Source of the DNA: Bacillota bacterium
GTDB lineage: Bacteria; Patescibacteriota; Minisyncoccia; Phycocordibacterales; Phycocordibacteraceae
Assembly: GCA_050260455.1 (NCBI GenBank)
Contig: JBLNCF010000014.1
Location: forward strand, 1 to 37,147
Direction: 5' to 3'
Length of the DNA: 37,147 bases
Shown here: positions 1 to 9,150 of the stretch, piece by piece
How the letters are laid out: the number at the start of each line of letters is the position of its first letter
Position numbering within the stretch: position 1 is the first letter of the stretch
The notes under the pieces: model-generated
What the model saw: the letters and a program-made list of their open reading frames with translations, nothing else
The model's database searches: none
Told to the model about the DNA's origin: nothing
Made by a program: the position numbers and the translations under genes

Positions 1-143
1 TCGCTTACTTTATCTCCGAGCTTCGCCTGAACGCCATTAATAAATACCTGACCTTTCTCAATCAGAGTATCTGCCTCGCGACGGGTGGCGTGGCCGTGAT
101 GGGCGAGGAACTTATTGATACGCATGGGGAAGTCAGAAGTCAT
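1..143 (-). CDS. Pseudouridine synthase (RsuA/RluB/RluF family), N-terminal S4 domain; runs off the window edge
   Basis: Not in the ORF track. Hand translation of the minus strand gives MTSDFPMRINKFLAHHGHATRREADTLIEKGQVFINGVQAKLGDKVS, the classic R-I-N-K-F-L-A...RREAD..I..G.V.ING S4 motif. Confidence 0.82.
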   Translation of the reverse strand, partial: MTSDFPMRINKFLAHHGHATRREADTLIEKGQVFINGVQAKLGDKVS

Positions 144-178
144 GCGCAGACTGTAGCATGTATGTCATACTGCTGCGC

Positions 179-778
179 ATGAATCAGGTACTCGCGATCC
201 ATGGGGGTAATTCCTTCGCCAGCTATGAAGAATTCATCGCCGACCTCTTACAGAAAGTGGTACGGCTTGAATTCCCTAGTCAGCTGGGATGGCGGTCGAA
301 TCTCCCTGCGGTGCTGGGAGAAGAGTACGAAGTGATTCTGCCTCGCATGCCGAACGGGGAATACGCGAAGTATCTGGAATGGAAGATATGGTTCGAAAAG
401 CACATTCCGTACCTGCGAGACGGAGTCGTACTCGTCGGGCACTCTCTGGGCGCAGTATTCCTCGCTAAGTATCTCTCTGAAGAAGCGCCGCTTCCGATGC
501 ATATCGGCTCGGTGCATCTGGTCGCCCCACCGTTCGATTCAGATGATGGCCGGCGTCTGGTGGAATTCGACATCACAAACGACCTTGTCGGTTTGTCTGT
601 ACAGGTAGAGCGTATTTTCCTCTATCACAGCAGCGATGATCCGGTCGTTCCATTTGCGGAGCTCGAGAAGTTTCGTGCATTACTACCGCACGCAACCGTG
701 CGTACGTTTACCGATCGACAGCATTTCAATCAGCCCGAGTTCCCAGAACTCGTGGATGATATACGTTCACTTCGCTGA
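179..778 (+). CDS. RBBP9/YdeN-family alpha/beta hydrolase
   Basis: HGG oxyanion motif, GHSLG nucleophile elbow, HSSDDPVVP and a C-terminal HF. Start moved to ATG 179 (MNQVLAIHGG), 7 nt after a CATACT -10-like hexamer. Confidence 0.88.
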   Translation: MNQVLAIHGGNSFASYEEFIADLLQKVVRLEFPSQLGWRSNLPAVLGEEYEVILPRMPNGEYAKYLEWKIWFEKHIPYLRDGVVLVGHSLGAVFLAKYLSEEAPLPMHIGSVHLVAPPFDSDDGRRLVEFDITNDLVGLSVQVERIFLYHSSDDPVVPFAELEKFRALLPHATVRTFTDRQHFNQPEFPELVDDIRSLR

Positions 779-840
779 TTTCCTACAGCGCCTACGAGTG
801 CTATAACCTTCGATAGAAGTTCCAACCGGAGGCTGGGGGC

Positions 841-1383
841 ATGAGCGAGCCATACGTAATCTCTACCGAAATACAGGAGCGGGGTACCCCTCTCGAATTC
901 CTCTACCAACTCCCGATCCATTTTCAGGGGTTCACGCTCACTAGGGTTAAGCGGATCAAGAAGGGCATGTACCTCCTTACGCTCTATCACGGTGAGCTGC
1001 CGCCCAATCAGGTCCACCGTAGGCCGGAAATGGAGTCCAGTCTTTTCGTCGGCTGGACCAGAGAAGATTGTCTGCTTACGCTTAACTTTCGGGTAGAAAC
1101 AGGCGTTCCCAAGGAGGCGTTTGGCTGGCTAGTTACGGAGGTGAATCTGTATGCCGAAATGGGGGTACAGATGATCAGCCGTATGCACGTGGAGCCGCCC
1201 GACTACAAAACCAACCCGAAGAATCCGCTGTTCCTGCAGTTCACGTGGACCATGCCGTGTGAAGGACCCCCTTCATCTGACGCAGTGAAGATGTTTCGAG
1301 ACGTGATGGACTGGCTGTACCAGGAAGTGCGGGTGGTTATGATCGAAATAAACGCCGACTGGCATAAAGCCGGCAAAGGGTAA
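841..1383 (+). CDS. Hypothetical protein (ORFan), 180 aa
   Basis: Open frame with GGAGG SD at 828-832 and a terminator-like hairpin downstream; no recognisable motif. Confidence 0.65.
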   Translation: MSEPYVISTEIQERGTPLEFLYQLPIHFQGFTLTRVKRIKKGMYLLTLYHGELPPNQVHRRPEMESSLFVGWTREDCLLTLNFRVETGVPKEAFGWLVTEVNLYAEMGVQMISRMHVEPPDYKTNPKNPLFLQFTWTMPCEGPPSSDAVKMFRDVMDWLYQEVRVVMIEINADWHKAGKG

Positions 1384-1406
1384 AACAAAATAGGAAACGC
1401 ACAGAA

Positions 1407-1428
1407 GGGTCGTCCGAAAGGGCGGCCC
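1407..1428. terminator. Hairpin between convergent genes
   Basis: GGGTCGTCC-GAAA-GGGCGGCCC: 9-bp stem with G-U pairs and a GNRA loop. Confidence 0.6.
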
Positions 1429-1435
1429 GATTCCT

Positions 1436-1705
1436 TTATGACACTTTCAGGAAGCGCAGCGTAGACTTCCCCTCATGCTCGACGGTTGCGCACCAGCTTT
1501 CGAGCGGACGAATGAAGGTAATGCCTTCTCCGTAGAGGCCTTTATATATGACAGAGACGCCTTCATCGGCTTCCTGGATACCGAGACCAATCACCTCGTA
1601 TTCTTTCGTAGGGTCTTTGAAATGGGTGTAGCGTCCTCCTACTTCGACCATCGATGCGGCGTTCGCAAGTGTCGCTGCGAGCTCTTCTTGGGTTCTGTGG
1701 GCCAT
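1436..1705 (-). CDS. DUF1653-like SH3-fold protein
   Basis: G-RY-HFK...Y-VIG...E....VIYK-LYG.....RPL--W...V......RF pattern. Confidence 0.8.
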   Translation of the reverse strand: MAHRTQEELAATLANAASMVEVGGRYTHFKDPTKEYEVIGLGIQEADEGVSVIYKGLYGEGITFIRPLESWCATVEHEGKSTLRFLKVS

Positions 1706-1784
1706 ATAGGCGAGTATACCCTGTGGAAAACAGCGCTTCGGCGATTGCGCAGGTCTCGTAGCGCGCTACCATGGACGTACCGAT

Positions 1785-2063
1785 ATGAGCGAGTTCCTCA
1801 AGATGGACATCTTCTTCGTCGTGACCACGATTGCCGTGGTCGTGGTGACGGTTCTACTTGTGCTGCTCATCATGCGGGTACTGCGCATCCTGAAACACGT
1901 TGAGGATATTTCCGAGATGGTGGAAGAGGAGGGTGAGAAGCTTCGCCAGGACATCGCTGACGTTCGTGCGAAGGTCAAGGAAGAAGGTCTTCGTGCCACG
2001 CATATCCTCCAGTTCCTCGGCGTCGCCGGGCGGAAGAAGCGCTCGAAGAAATCAGACTCATAA
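1785..2063 (+). CDS. Small single-TM coiled-coil membrane protein (YoxC/DUF948-like)
   Basis: N-terminal hydrophobic helix followed by a charged amphipathic helix. Confidence 0.65.
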   Translation: MSEFLKMDIFFVVTTIAVVVVTVLLVLLIMRVLRILKHVEDISEMVEEEGEKLRQDIADVRAKVKEEGLRATHILQFLGVAGRKKRSKKSDS

Positions 2064-2074
2064 CATTTTGATAT

Positions 2075-2533
2075 ATGGCTACTAAGAAAACCGCGAACAC
2101 AAGTAAGAAGAAGACAGGTGCAGCAGTAGCTGCAGGCGCTGCTCTTGCTGCTGCAGCTGCAGCAGGTGCTGGCTACTACTTCTACGGCACGAAGAATGCA
2201 AAAAAGCACCGTCAGGCAGCAAGTACCTGGGCTAAGGGCCTTAAGAAGGACGTTGAGAAAGGGGTGAAGAACTTGAAGAAGGTGGACGCCAAGACCGTGG
2301 CACGGCTGGTTGATGATGCTGCTGCGGCATACCAGGGTGTCCGTGGTGTCGCTGCGGCCGATGTACGTATGGCCGCTCGCGAACTCAAGTCCAACTGGAA
2401 TCGCATCTCGCGTGAGATGGCCCCGTCTGCAAGCGTTAAGAAGGCGGTGAAGAAGGCCACCAAGGTAACGAAGAAGGTGATAAAGAAGTCCGCACCGAAG
2501 AAAGCGGCAAAGAAAACGAAGCGCGTTCGCTAA
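2075..2533 (+). CDS. YtxH-like membrane-anchored protein with Lys/Ala-rich tail
   Basis: Ala-rich hydrophobic segment ending AAGAGYYFYG, helical middle, and a KKAVKKATK...KKAAKK tail. Confidence 0.65.
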   Translation: MATKKTANTSKKKTGAAVAAGAALAAAAAAGAGYYFYGTKNAKKHRQAASTWAKGLKKDVEKGVKNLKKVDAKTVARLVDDAAAAYQGVRGVAAADVRMAARELKSNWNRISREMAPSASVKKAVKKATKVTKKVIKKSAPKKAAKKTKRVR

Positions 2534-2550
2534 CACCTAGCGAAGGAAAC

Positions 2551-2577
2551 GAACCCTCGAGCGATCGAGGGTTCTTT
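2551..2577 (+). terminator. Intrinsic terminator
   Basis: GAACCCTCGA-GCGA-TCGAGGGTTC perfect 10-bp stem followed by TTT. Confidence 0.7.
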
Positions 2578-2618
2578 CGTTAATGAGTGCTTCACTGACG
2601 AGGGAGTACAAGTGCCGT

Positions 2619-3251
2619 ATGTTCCGCAATCCTGTCTATGACCTCATCATCGTCGTCCCGGCGCTCCTTATTGCTGCGCTCTTGGGCTTCTTGGTCATGA
2701 CGAGTGCAGCGCGGGCTGCGGAGACTGACCTTCCTGCCACGACCGCCACCAGTACACCAGGTGGTCGCGCCATCATTGCTTCGACGAGCGGCAATACACT
2801 CCCTGATCTTAACCAGAAGGTAATCGTTGTGACACAAGCGGAGGCAAAGGTTAATGATGCCTGGGACACTGCAGCGATTACCGCGCTTTCGGTACGTTCA
2901 GCCGGAGAGCTCGAAGCCTATGCACGTCAAACACTCCGTGAGGATCCATATATTGAATCCATCACTCTCTCGGGACGAGGGATCGTGGTGGCGTACCAGA
3001 AGAACGGACGACTCCTTGGACTCGTACCGGTCGCGGTTCCGACCAAAGCAGTGGTGCGTACGGACGGAAACGTCTCGTTTTCCGAACCTTGGTACGGCGC
3101 CGTCACGCTTGCCGAGCGTGATCACATGAAGACGGCGCTTGAGGTACGGGTGCACGCGCTCCTTACTTCCGAGGGATATCTCGCATCTATGCAGCTCGCT
3201 CCTGTCACCCAGGCAGAGATACTCGATATCATTCGCGAATTAGTGGGATAA
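2619..3251 (+). CDS. Secreted or membrane-anchored hypothetical protein
   Basis: N-terminal hydrophobic segment ending A-R-A-A, then a Thr-rich linker. Start could alternatively be 2583. Confidence 0.65.
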   Translation: MFRNPVYDLIIVVPALLIAALLGFLVMTSAARAAETDLPATTATSTPGGRAIIASTSGNTLPDLNQKVIVVTQAEAKVNDAWDTAAITALSVRSAGELEAYARQTLREDPYIESITLSGRGIVVAYQKNGRLLGLVPVAVPTKAVVRTDGNVSFSEPWYGAVTLAERDHMKTALEVRVHALLTSEGYLASMQLAPVTQAEILDIIRELVG

Positions 3252-3346
3252 AGTCGCGTAGAAGCCACACGTTTGTTAGCATGGAATGCATCACGTCCGT
3301 GCGGTTTGGACGTGGTAAGAGTCTTTGCGCTCACCCGTCATACCCC

Positions 3347-3853
3347 ATGGACCACGACGAGATACACGACCATTTCCTAGCGGTCTATGACCGGTATGCT
3401 GATGACATATTCCGGTTCTGTGCGCTCAAGGTAAGCGGGAGGGAAACCGCGCAGGACATCGCCCAGGAGGTTTTTATGCGCTACTGGCAGCAGTTGCGAA
3501 CGGGAACCGACATCGGTAGCGACCGCGCGCTCCTTTACACCATCGCACGCAATCTTGTCATCGACTGGTATCGCAAGCGGAAGGAGCAATCACTCGACAC
3601 GCTTATGGATGCCGGATTCGAATTCGCATCCGATGATCACCGGAGCATTGCTACTCACGCTGAAATTCGTGAAGTCATTGAGGTCATTAATGAGCTCGAT
3701 GAGCCTTCGCGTGAAGCGCTCACACTTCGTTTCGTCGAAGGGTTTGCTCCCAAGGAGATTGCGGATATAACAGGCGAGACCGCGAACGCTATCTCGGTGC
3801 GCATCAATCGTGCGCTCAAAAAGGTCCAAGACCATTTGCATATCCATGACTGA
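3347..3853 (+). CDS. ECF-family RNA polymerase sigma-70 factor
   Basis: Region 2 (AQDIAQEVF..W, LYTIARNLVIDWYRK) and region 4 (REALTLRFVEGF..KEIA.I.G.T.NAISVRINRA). Confidence 0.93.
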   Translation: MDHDEIHDHFLAVYDRYADDIFRFCALKVSGRETAQDIAQEVFMRYWQQLRTGTDIGSDRALLYTIARNLVIDWYRKRKEQSLDTLMDAGFEFASDDHRSIATHAEIREVIEVINELDEPSREALTLRFVEGFAPKEIADITGETANAISVRINRALKKVQDHLHIHD

Positions 3854-4829
3854 TCCAACGATCACATTTCTAAAACGCCTTCGGGGAGTCACCCTCTCCG
3901 ATAACGAGCGGCTGGCCATGCGCGAGCGCCTTGCGGCGTACGCAGACATGCACCCCGTCCTCGCACCTGCAGCAACTCCTGCTGCCGGCTTTTTCGGCAT
4001 CTTCTCGTCACGCTCGATGAGTGTATATGCCACTGCACTCGCCCTCTTCTTGATTGTGGGGAGTGGAGTGACCTTTGCTGCCGAAGGAAGCGTACCGGGT
4101 GATTCCCTGTACGCGCTCAAGATTCATGTGAACGAGCCAGTTATGTCAGCGCTCGCGCCAACGGCAGCAGGGCAGGCGCGCCTTGCCGCAACACTCGCGA
4201 CGCGTCGCGTGAACGAAGCGGTGACGCTTGCCTCACGCGGTACGCTCACACCTGCACGCCAGACCTACCTCAAGGAAGAGTTTGCAGAAGGTGTCACACT
4301 CGCTTCAAAGAAGGCCGATGTTCTGGCCTCAAGGGGTAATGTGGAGGCTGCTGATACGGTGCGTGCTAATTTCGCGGCAAGTCTCGCCGGTCAGGCACAA
4401 GCACTCGGTGCTGTGACCACCAAAGATCCTGCAGCAACCGCAGACCTGCTTTCGACCGTAGTGTCGACGAGTGAGGACATCGCAGAGGATGCCGATCCGG
4501 GATCGGTACTCGCCGTAGTTGAAACGGAAGAGACAGAGCCGGAGGCAACGGCCACGCTCGTGATTGCTGAAGCTCCTGCCGAAGAAGCACACCCGGCTCT
4601 TATGTCAGCGAAGCTTGCTCCCGCTGCGACTCTGGCTCCTACCACCACCCCGGTAGCTACGACCTCCGCAACCACGACCCCTAAAGAGCGTAAGTTCATC
4701 CCGTTCTCTCGTCAGCTCCATGTTTCGGCCGAGGCGTTTGCGCACCGCTTTGCTTCCACCACCTTCGGGCAAATGCCCATCCTGCTTCCCAAACTCGATA
4801 GCGCGGTTCCGCAAGACGACGACCGATAG
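3846..4829 (+). CDS. Putative anti-sigma factor, DUF5667-like
   Basis: Overlaps the sigma stop. One TM helix followed by AAEGSVPGDSLYALKIHVNE...RRVNEA (PG-D-LY-K...RL-E motif) and a Thr/Ala-rich tail. Confidence 0.75.
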   Translation: MTDPTITFLKRLRGVTLSDNERLAMRERLAAYADMHPVLAPAATPAAGFFGIFSSRSMSVYATALALFLIVGSGVTFAAEGSVPGDSLYALKIHVNEPVMSALAPTAAGQARLAATLATRRVNEAVTLASRGTLTPARQTYLKEEFAEGVTLASKKADVLASRGNVEAADTVRANFAASLAGQAQALGAVTTKDPAATADLLSTVVSTSEDIAEDADPGSVLAVVETEETEPEATATLVIAEAPAEEAHPALMSAKLAPAATLAPTTTPVATTSATTTPKERKFIPFSRQLHVSAEAFAHRFASTTFGQMPILLPKLDSAVPQDDDR

Positions 4830-4843
4830 ACCTATACCCATGC

Positions 4844-4875
4844 ACGCCCGCTAGGTGCTAACCGGGCGGGCGTTT
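4844..4875 (+). terminator. Probable terminator hairpin
   Basis: ACGCCCGC...GCGGGCGT stem followed by TT. Confidence 0.5.
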
Positions 4876-4892
4876 GCTACTATCGAACGTAC

Positions 4893-6362
4893 ATGGCTTC
4901 CACATTCGAAGAACTGATGGCCGAGCGCATGCGCAAGCTCGAGCGACTGAAAGGAGCAGGGATGGATCCCTATCCAGCGCATGTGGAGCGCACCCATTCC
5001 ATTGGGGGGTTCCTCGAAGGATTTGCATCACTTGAACGAGAAGGCACCCCAGTCACTCTTGATGGTCGCGTTCTGTCGGTTCGACTTCACGGTGCACTTG
5101 CGTTCCTCGATCTGTCGGATGGAACCGGTATCGTCCAGGTATTTGCGAAGCAAAATGACCTCGCTCAGTTCGACCTGCTGGTGGACACGGTCGATATGGG
5201 AGACTTCATCGAAGTTTCCGGCACTGCGATTGTCACGAAGACGGGACAGCACAGCATTGCGGCATCCTCATGGCGCATGCTCGCCAAGAGCTTGCGCCCG
5301 CTTCCGGATGCCTGGTACGGGCTCAAGGATGAAGAGGAACGATATCGCCGCCGCTATGTCGACATTCTCCTAAACGAAGAGGTGAGTGAACGCATCAAGA
5401 AGCGCTCGCTCTTCTGGAACACGATTAGAGAATATCTCCTCACCCGGGGTTTCATTGAGGTGGAAACACCTGTGCTTGAGAACACGACCGGGGGTGCGGA
5501 TGCGCGTCCATTTGTGACGCATCACAACGCGCTTGATATGGATGTGTATCTCCGCATTTCTGCAGGAGAGTTGTGGCAGAAGAAATTGTTGGTAGGCGGC
5601 TTGCCTCGTGTTTTTGAGATTGGACGCATCTTCCGCAACGAGGGTATGTCCCGTGAGCACCTGCAGGATTACACCCAGCTCGAGTTCTACATGGCCTACG
5701 CCGATTACCGTGTCGGTATGGAGATGATCAAAGAACTCTATCGACTCATTGCAGAGAAGCTCTTTGGTTCTCAAACATTCACCATCTTCGAGCACACGGT
5801 AGATCTCTCGGGGGACTGGCCTATTTATGATTTTGGTACGGTTCTGCGGGAGCATTATGGTATCGACCCGCTTGCAACGACTGTTGAGGAGGTTCGGGCA
5901 GCACTTATCAAGCACGGTATTGAATTTGATACCGCGACGCTCAATGTCGAGCGCGGTGTCGATCTTCTCTGGAAGAAGGTACGCAAGACCCTCTCTGGTC
6001 CTGGTTTCTTGATTGGTATACCGGTATACCTTGAGCCGCTCGCAAAACGTTCGCGTGATGACCATCGAGTGGTAGAGCGTTTCCAGGTGATTCTTGCAGG
6101 AAGCGAGATGGGCAAAGGATTTAGTGAACTCAATGATCCGGTAGATCAACGCGAACGGTTTGCCCACCAACAGAAACTGCGCGAAGCAGGTGACGATGAA
6201 GCACACATGCCGGATATGGATTTCGTCGAAGCGCTTGAATACGGCATGCCTCCGGCATTCGGTTTCGGTGCCTCCGAACGTCTCTTCAGTTTCCTTATGG
6301 GTGTCGATGTGCGCGAAGGACAGACCTTCCCTTTGATGCGGCCTCGCTCGGAGGAGTCATAA
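4893..6362 (+). CDS. lysS: Lysine--tRNA ligase (class II)
   Basis: OB-fold N-terminus, RYRRRYVD, FIEVETP..GGADARPF-THHNALD, FEIGRIFRNEG, FSELNDP and ALEYGMPP motifs. Confidence 0.97.
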   Translation: MASTFEELMAERMRKLERLKGAGMDPYPAHVERTHSIGGFLEGFASLEREGTPVTLDGRVLSVRLHGALAFLDLSDGTGIVQVFAKQNDLAQFDLLVDTVDMGDFIEVSGTAIVTKTGQHSIAASSWRMLAKSLRPLPDAWYGLKDEEERYRRRYVDILLNEEVSERIKKRSLFWNTIREYLLTRGFIEVETPVLENTTGGADARPFVTHHNALDMDVYLRISAGELWQKKLLVGGLPRVFEIGRIFRNEGMSREHLQDYTQLEFYMAYADYRVGMEMIKELYRLIAEKLFGSQTFTIFEHTVDLSGDWPIYDFGTVLREHYGIDPLATTVEEVRAALIKHGIEFDTATLNVERGVDLLWKKVRKTLSGPGFLIGIPVYLEPLAKRSRDDHRVVERFQVILAGSEMGKGFSELNDPVDQRERFAHQQKLREAGDDEAHMPDMDFVEALEYGMPPAFGFGASERLFSFLMGVDVREGQTFPLMRPRSEES

Positions 6363-6399
6363 TTCACCCTTCAGCTGGGGTAGGCGTATACTGAAAGCT

Positions 6400-7071
6400 A
6401 TGCGTCGTACTCTTCTCATTCTCATCGCGCTCATTATTGTCATTGGCGGGGGAGTTGCGTTTCTTATGGTGGTTTCGCAACGTGCCGCATTTCATCCAAA
6501 CACTGCAAGCTCCACCCCAAACCTTGCGGGACAAGCCATTTTCACTGACGGCGAGTACGGCTTTACTATTCGGTATCCGCAAACCTACACTACCGATTAC
6601 GATTTCGCTTCTTTCTATCATCTGCCGGCGAATTGGCGGAGTAATGCACTACCGGATGCCACCGGTACTCCCATCATTGCAATCGTGGGCTACCGCACGG
6701 CTTCTGATCATTCGTATCCACGCTATTTCGATGCCGAAGTACGTATAGGGGCATCGAAGGATCCGAAAGAGATCGACCGCTGTGAAGTCGCAGCGACAGA
6801 TCAAGCCGAACGACAACTCCCCGACACTAATTTGGGTGGTGTTATGTTCAAGACCTTCGCATTCGAAGGTGCGGGTATGATGCAGTACGTCAAAGGGGTG
6901 AGCTATCGTGTGGTGCGTAATGACACCTGCATTGCTATTGAAAAGCTTGAGACGGGTTCGAGCTATCGCGATGATCCACCGAGTGCGGAGGACATCCCTC
7001 AAGCAACCCTCGACCAGGCATACCAGGCGCTCGATAAAGTAGTGGAGAGTATAACGTTCGTTGGCTCCTAG
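6400..7071 (+). CDS. Membrane-anchored extracytoplasmic protein (possibly PsbP/Mog1-like fold)
   Basis: N-terminal TM helix, YGFTIRYP motif, two Cys and a C-terminal ..VVESITF. Confidence 0.65.
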   Translation: MRRTLLILIALIIVIGGGVAFLMVVSQRAAFHPNTASSTPNLAGQAIFTDGEYGFTIRYPQTYTTDYDFASFYHLPANWRSNALPDATGTPIIAIVGYRTASDHSYPRYFDAEVRIGASKDPKEIDRCEVAATDQAERQLPDTNLGGVMFKTFAFEGAGMMQYVKGVSYRVVRNDTCIAIEKLETGSSYRDDPPSAEDIPQATLDQAYQALDKVVESITFVGS

Positions 7072-7086
7072 TCTTGTTATACTAAG

Positions 7087-8145
7087 GTGGTGGAAATCAT
7101 TTTTGCTCTGCTTCTCCTTCTCACGCCGCTCGCGATAGCGGCGGAATTGATGCATGCGCCGGCCCTTGCCATTTTTCTTCTCTCGGCGGCAGCAATTATC
7201 CCGCTTGCTAAATACATTGGAGATGCCACCGAGGATCTTGCACTGCGTACTAATCCAGCAATAGGTGGCCTGATGAACGCCACCTTCGGTAATGCGACAG
7301 AGCTCATTGTGAGTATCTTCGCGCTCCAGGCGGGACTCGTCGAAGTTGCTAAAGCAAGTATCACCGGTGCCATCATCGGCAACCTGCTTCTGGTGCTCGG
7401 TACCGCAATGCTTCTTGGTGGACGCACGCGCGAGCGCCAGCATTTCAACGCGACCGCTGCCAAAGCCGCCTGCTCTATGCTCGTACTTGCGACCACGGCA
7501 TTGGTGGTGCCGGCGATATTCCTCGCTACTGCCGGTGTTGCTCACCTGCATGACGTAGGCACGCTCTCCATCATTGTGTCCTTCCTCATGATTGCGGCGT
7601 ACGCGGCCAATCTTCTCTTTACGCTCCATACGCACAAGCATCTCTATAAGGGAGAGGAGGCTGATGAGCGAGCCATCGCTCCGAAATGGAGCATGAAGAA
7701 GGCCGTGGTGGTGCTCTTCTTTTCTACGGTTGCCGTTGCTTTCCTCTCTGAGATGCTGGTTGATGCTATTCGTCCAGTGGTAGAGCAGTTCGGATGGACC
7801 GAGCTCTTCATCGGCGTCATTGTGGTCGCCATTGTGGGTAACGTTGCCGAACATCTCTCGGCGGTCACTGCCGCGTTGAAGAATAAGATGGATCTATCTC
7901 TCCAGATCTCTATTGGCTCGGCAACCCAGATTGTGATGTTTGTGGCACCGGTCTTGGTGCTCGTGAGCCTTCTCATTGGTCAGCCGATGAACCTTGTCTT
8001 TAATACCTTCGAGCTCGTCACCATTATTTTCTCGGTATTTGTTACGAATGCGGTGGTGGAGGACGGGGAGAGCACGTGGTTTGAAGGATTCCAGCTCGTG
8101 GTGGCGTACGTCATCATTGCCGTTGCGTTCTTCCTCCATCCTTAG
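7087..8145 (+). CDS. cax: Calcium/proton exchanger (CAX/ChaA family)
   Basis: Alpha repeats GGLMNATFGNATELI and IVGNVAEH, IGSATQI, about 11 TM helices. GTG start at 7087 or 7090. Confidence 0.93.
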   Translation: MVEIIFALLLLLTPLAIAAELMHAPALAIFLLSAAAIIPLAKYIGDATEDLALRTNPAIGGLMNATFGNATELIVSIFALQAGLVEVAKASITGAIIGNLLLVLGTAMLLGGRTRERQHFNATAAKAACSMLVLATTALVVPAIFLATAGVAHLHDVGTLSIIVSFLMIAAYAANLLFTLHTHKHLYKGEEADERAIAPKWSMKKAVVVLFFSTVAVAFLSEMLVDAIRPVVEQFGWTELFIGVIVVAIVGNVAEHLSAVTAALKNKMDLSLQISIGSATQIVMFVAPVLVLVSLLIGQPMNLVFNTFELVTIIFSVFVTNAVVEDGESTWFEGFQLVVAYVIIAVAFFLHP

Positions 8146-8220
8146 AGGTTTCTGCACATCCTTCACTCTTGCCTCCGAGAACGGAGCTATACTGGATAGG
8201 TTATCCCTTAGCGTCTATCC

Positions 8221-8559
8221 ATGACTTTGATTCATTGGCTCGTATCGGCTATCGCCATTCTCATCGCTGCCTATCTGGTGCCGGGAGTATCGGTGACGTT
8301 AGTCGGCGCGCTTGTGCTTGCGATAGTGCTCGGCATCATCAATGTATTCTTCAAGCCGATCATTACTCTGCTTACCCTTCCGCTCAATATCGTGACCTTG
8401 GGTCTATTCTCGCTCGTCGTGAATGCGCTCCTCGTCATGCTCGCGAGCATGCTCGTGCCGGGCTTCCATGTGAACGGATTCTGGGCGGCGTTCTTCTTCT
8501 CCATTGTTGTGTCGCTCGTCACTGCGCTCTTTGGCGTGATGTCGAAGAAGCCGGCGTAG
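8221..8559 (+). CDS. YvlD-like 4-TM membrane protein (phage holin superfamily IV annotation)
   Basis: KPIITLLTLPLNIVTLGLFSLVVNAL...VPGF-V-GFW-A signature. Confidence 0.88.
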   Translation: MTLIHWLVSAIAILIAAYLVPGVSVTLVGALVLAIVLGIINVFFKPIITLLTLPLNIVTLGLFSLVVNALLVMLASMLVPGFHVNGFWAAFFFSIVVSLVTALFGVMSKKPA

Positions 8560-8582
8560 CTATCCCTAGAACGGAGTGGTAT

Positions 8583-8615
8583 AGTCCCGCCGGACTTCTG
8601 TTCCGGCGGGACTTT
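8583..8615. terminator. Perfect 12-bp inverted repeat upstream of purE (terminator or regulatory hairpin)
   Basis: AGTCCCGCCGGA-CTTCTGT-TCCGGCGGGACT then TT. It overlaps a TGGTATAGT extended -10-like sequence. Confidence 0.55.
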
Positions 8616-8649
8616 CCCGTTCAAACCCTTACCATGAGGAGAGACCCCT

Positions 8650-9141
8650 ATGGCATCGAAACAAGCGCATGTCGCCATCGTCATGGGCAGCCGCTCTGAC
8701 TGGCCCACGATGAAACTCGCAGCCGAAATGCTCGATATCCTTGGCGTCGATTACGAAGCCAAGATCGTCTCGGCACACCGGACTCCCGACCGCCTCTACC
8801 AATTCGCGAAAGAGGCGAAGGAAAATGGATATCGGGTGATCATCGCGGGGGCCGGAGGGGCAGCGCATCTTCCCGGCATGGCTGCGGCTTTGACCGCGCT
8901 TCCCGTTCTTGGTGTGCCCGTGCGGAGCCAAACATTCTCGGGCATGGATAGTTTGCTTTCCATTGTCCAGATGCCGGGTGGTATACCAGTGGGGACGCTC
9001 GCTGTGGGAGAGGCAGGCGCCAAGAACGCCGCTCTTCTTGCCGCACGCATCCTTGCACTAGGAGATTCTGAACTTGCCGAACGTCTTGAGGCGTTCACCC
9101 AGCAACAGACCGACTCTGTCAAAGAAACGGTCGAAGACTAG
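8650..9141 (+). CDS. purE: N5-CAIR mutase (class I PurE)
   Basis: [27 protein letters not shown] and [17 protein letters not shown] motifs; SD GAGGAG upstream. Confidence 0.96.
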   Translation: MASKQAHVAIVMGSRSDWPTMKLAAEMLDILGVDYEAKIVSAHRTPDRLYQFAKEAKENGYRVIIAGAGGAAHLPGMAAALTALPVLGVPVRSQTFSGMDSLLSIVQMPGGIPVGTLAVGEAGAKNAALLAARILALGDSELAERLEAFTQQQTDSVKETVED

Positions 9142-9150
9142 GAGAGTGAA

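Noticed and set aside
6649-7854. Long antisense ORFs (e.g. 6649-7854, 20098-21258, 5370-6206, 9331-10182)
   Set aside because: They are shadows opposite well-supported genes and carry no motifs of their own.
8221-8559. 'Phage holin' as evidence of a prophage
   Set aside because: YvlD-type 4-TM proteins are common chromosomal genes, and no phage structural, lysis or integrase genes are nearby.
8583-8620. Minus strand GGAAAGTCC...ACAGAAGTCCGGC resembling RNase P CR-I/CR-V
   Set aside because: The two motifs are only a few nt apart and are simply the arms of one hairpin; there is no room for an RNase P RNA.
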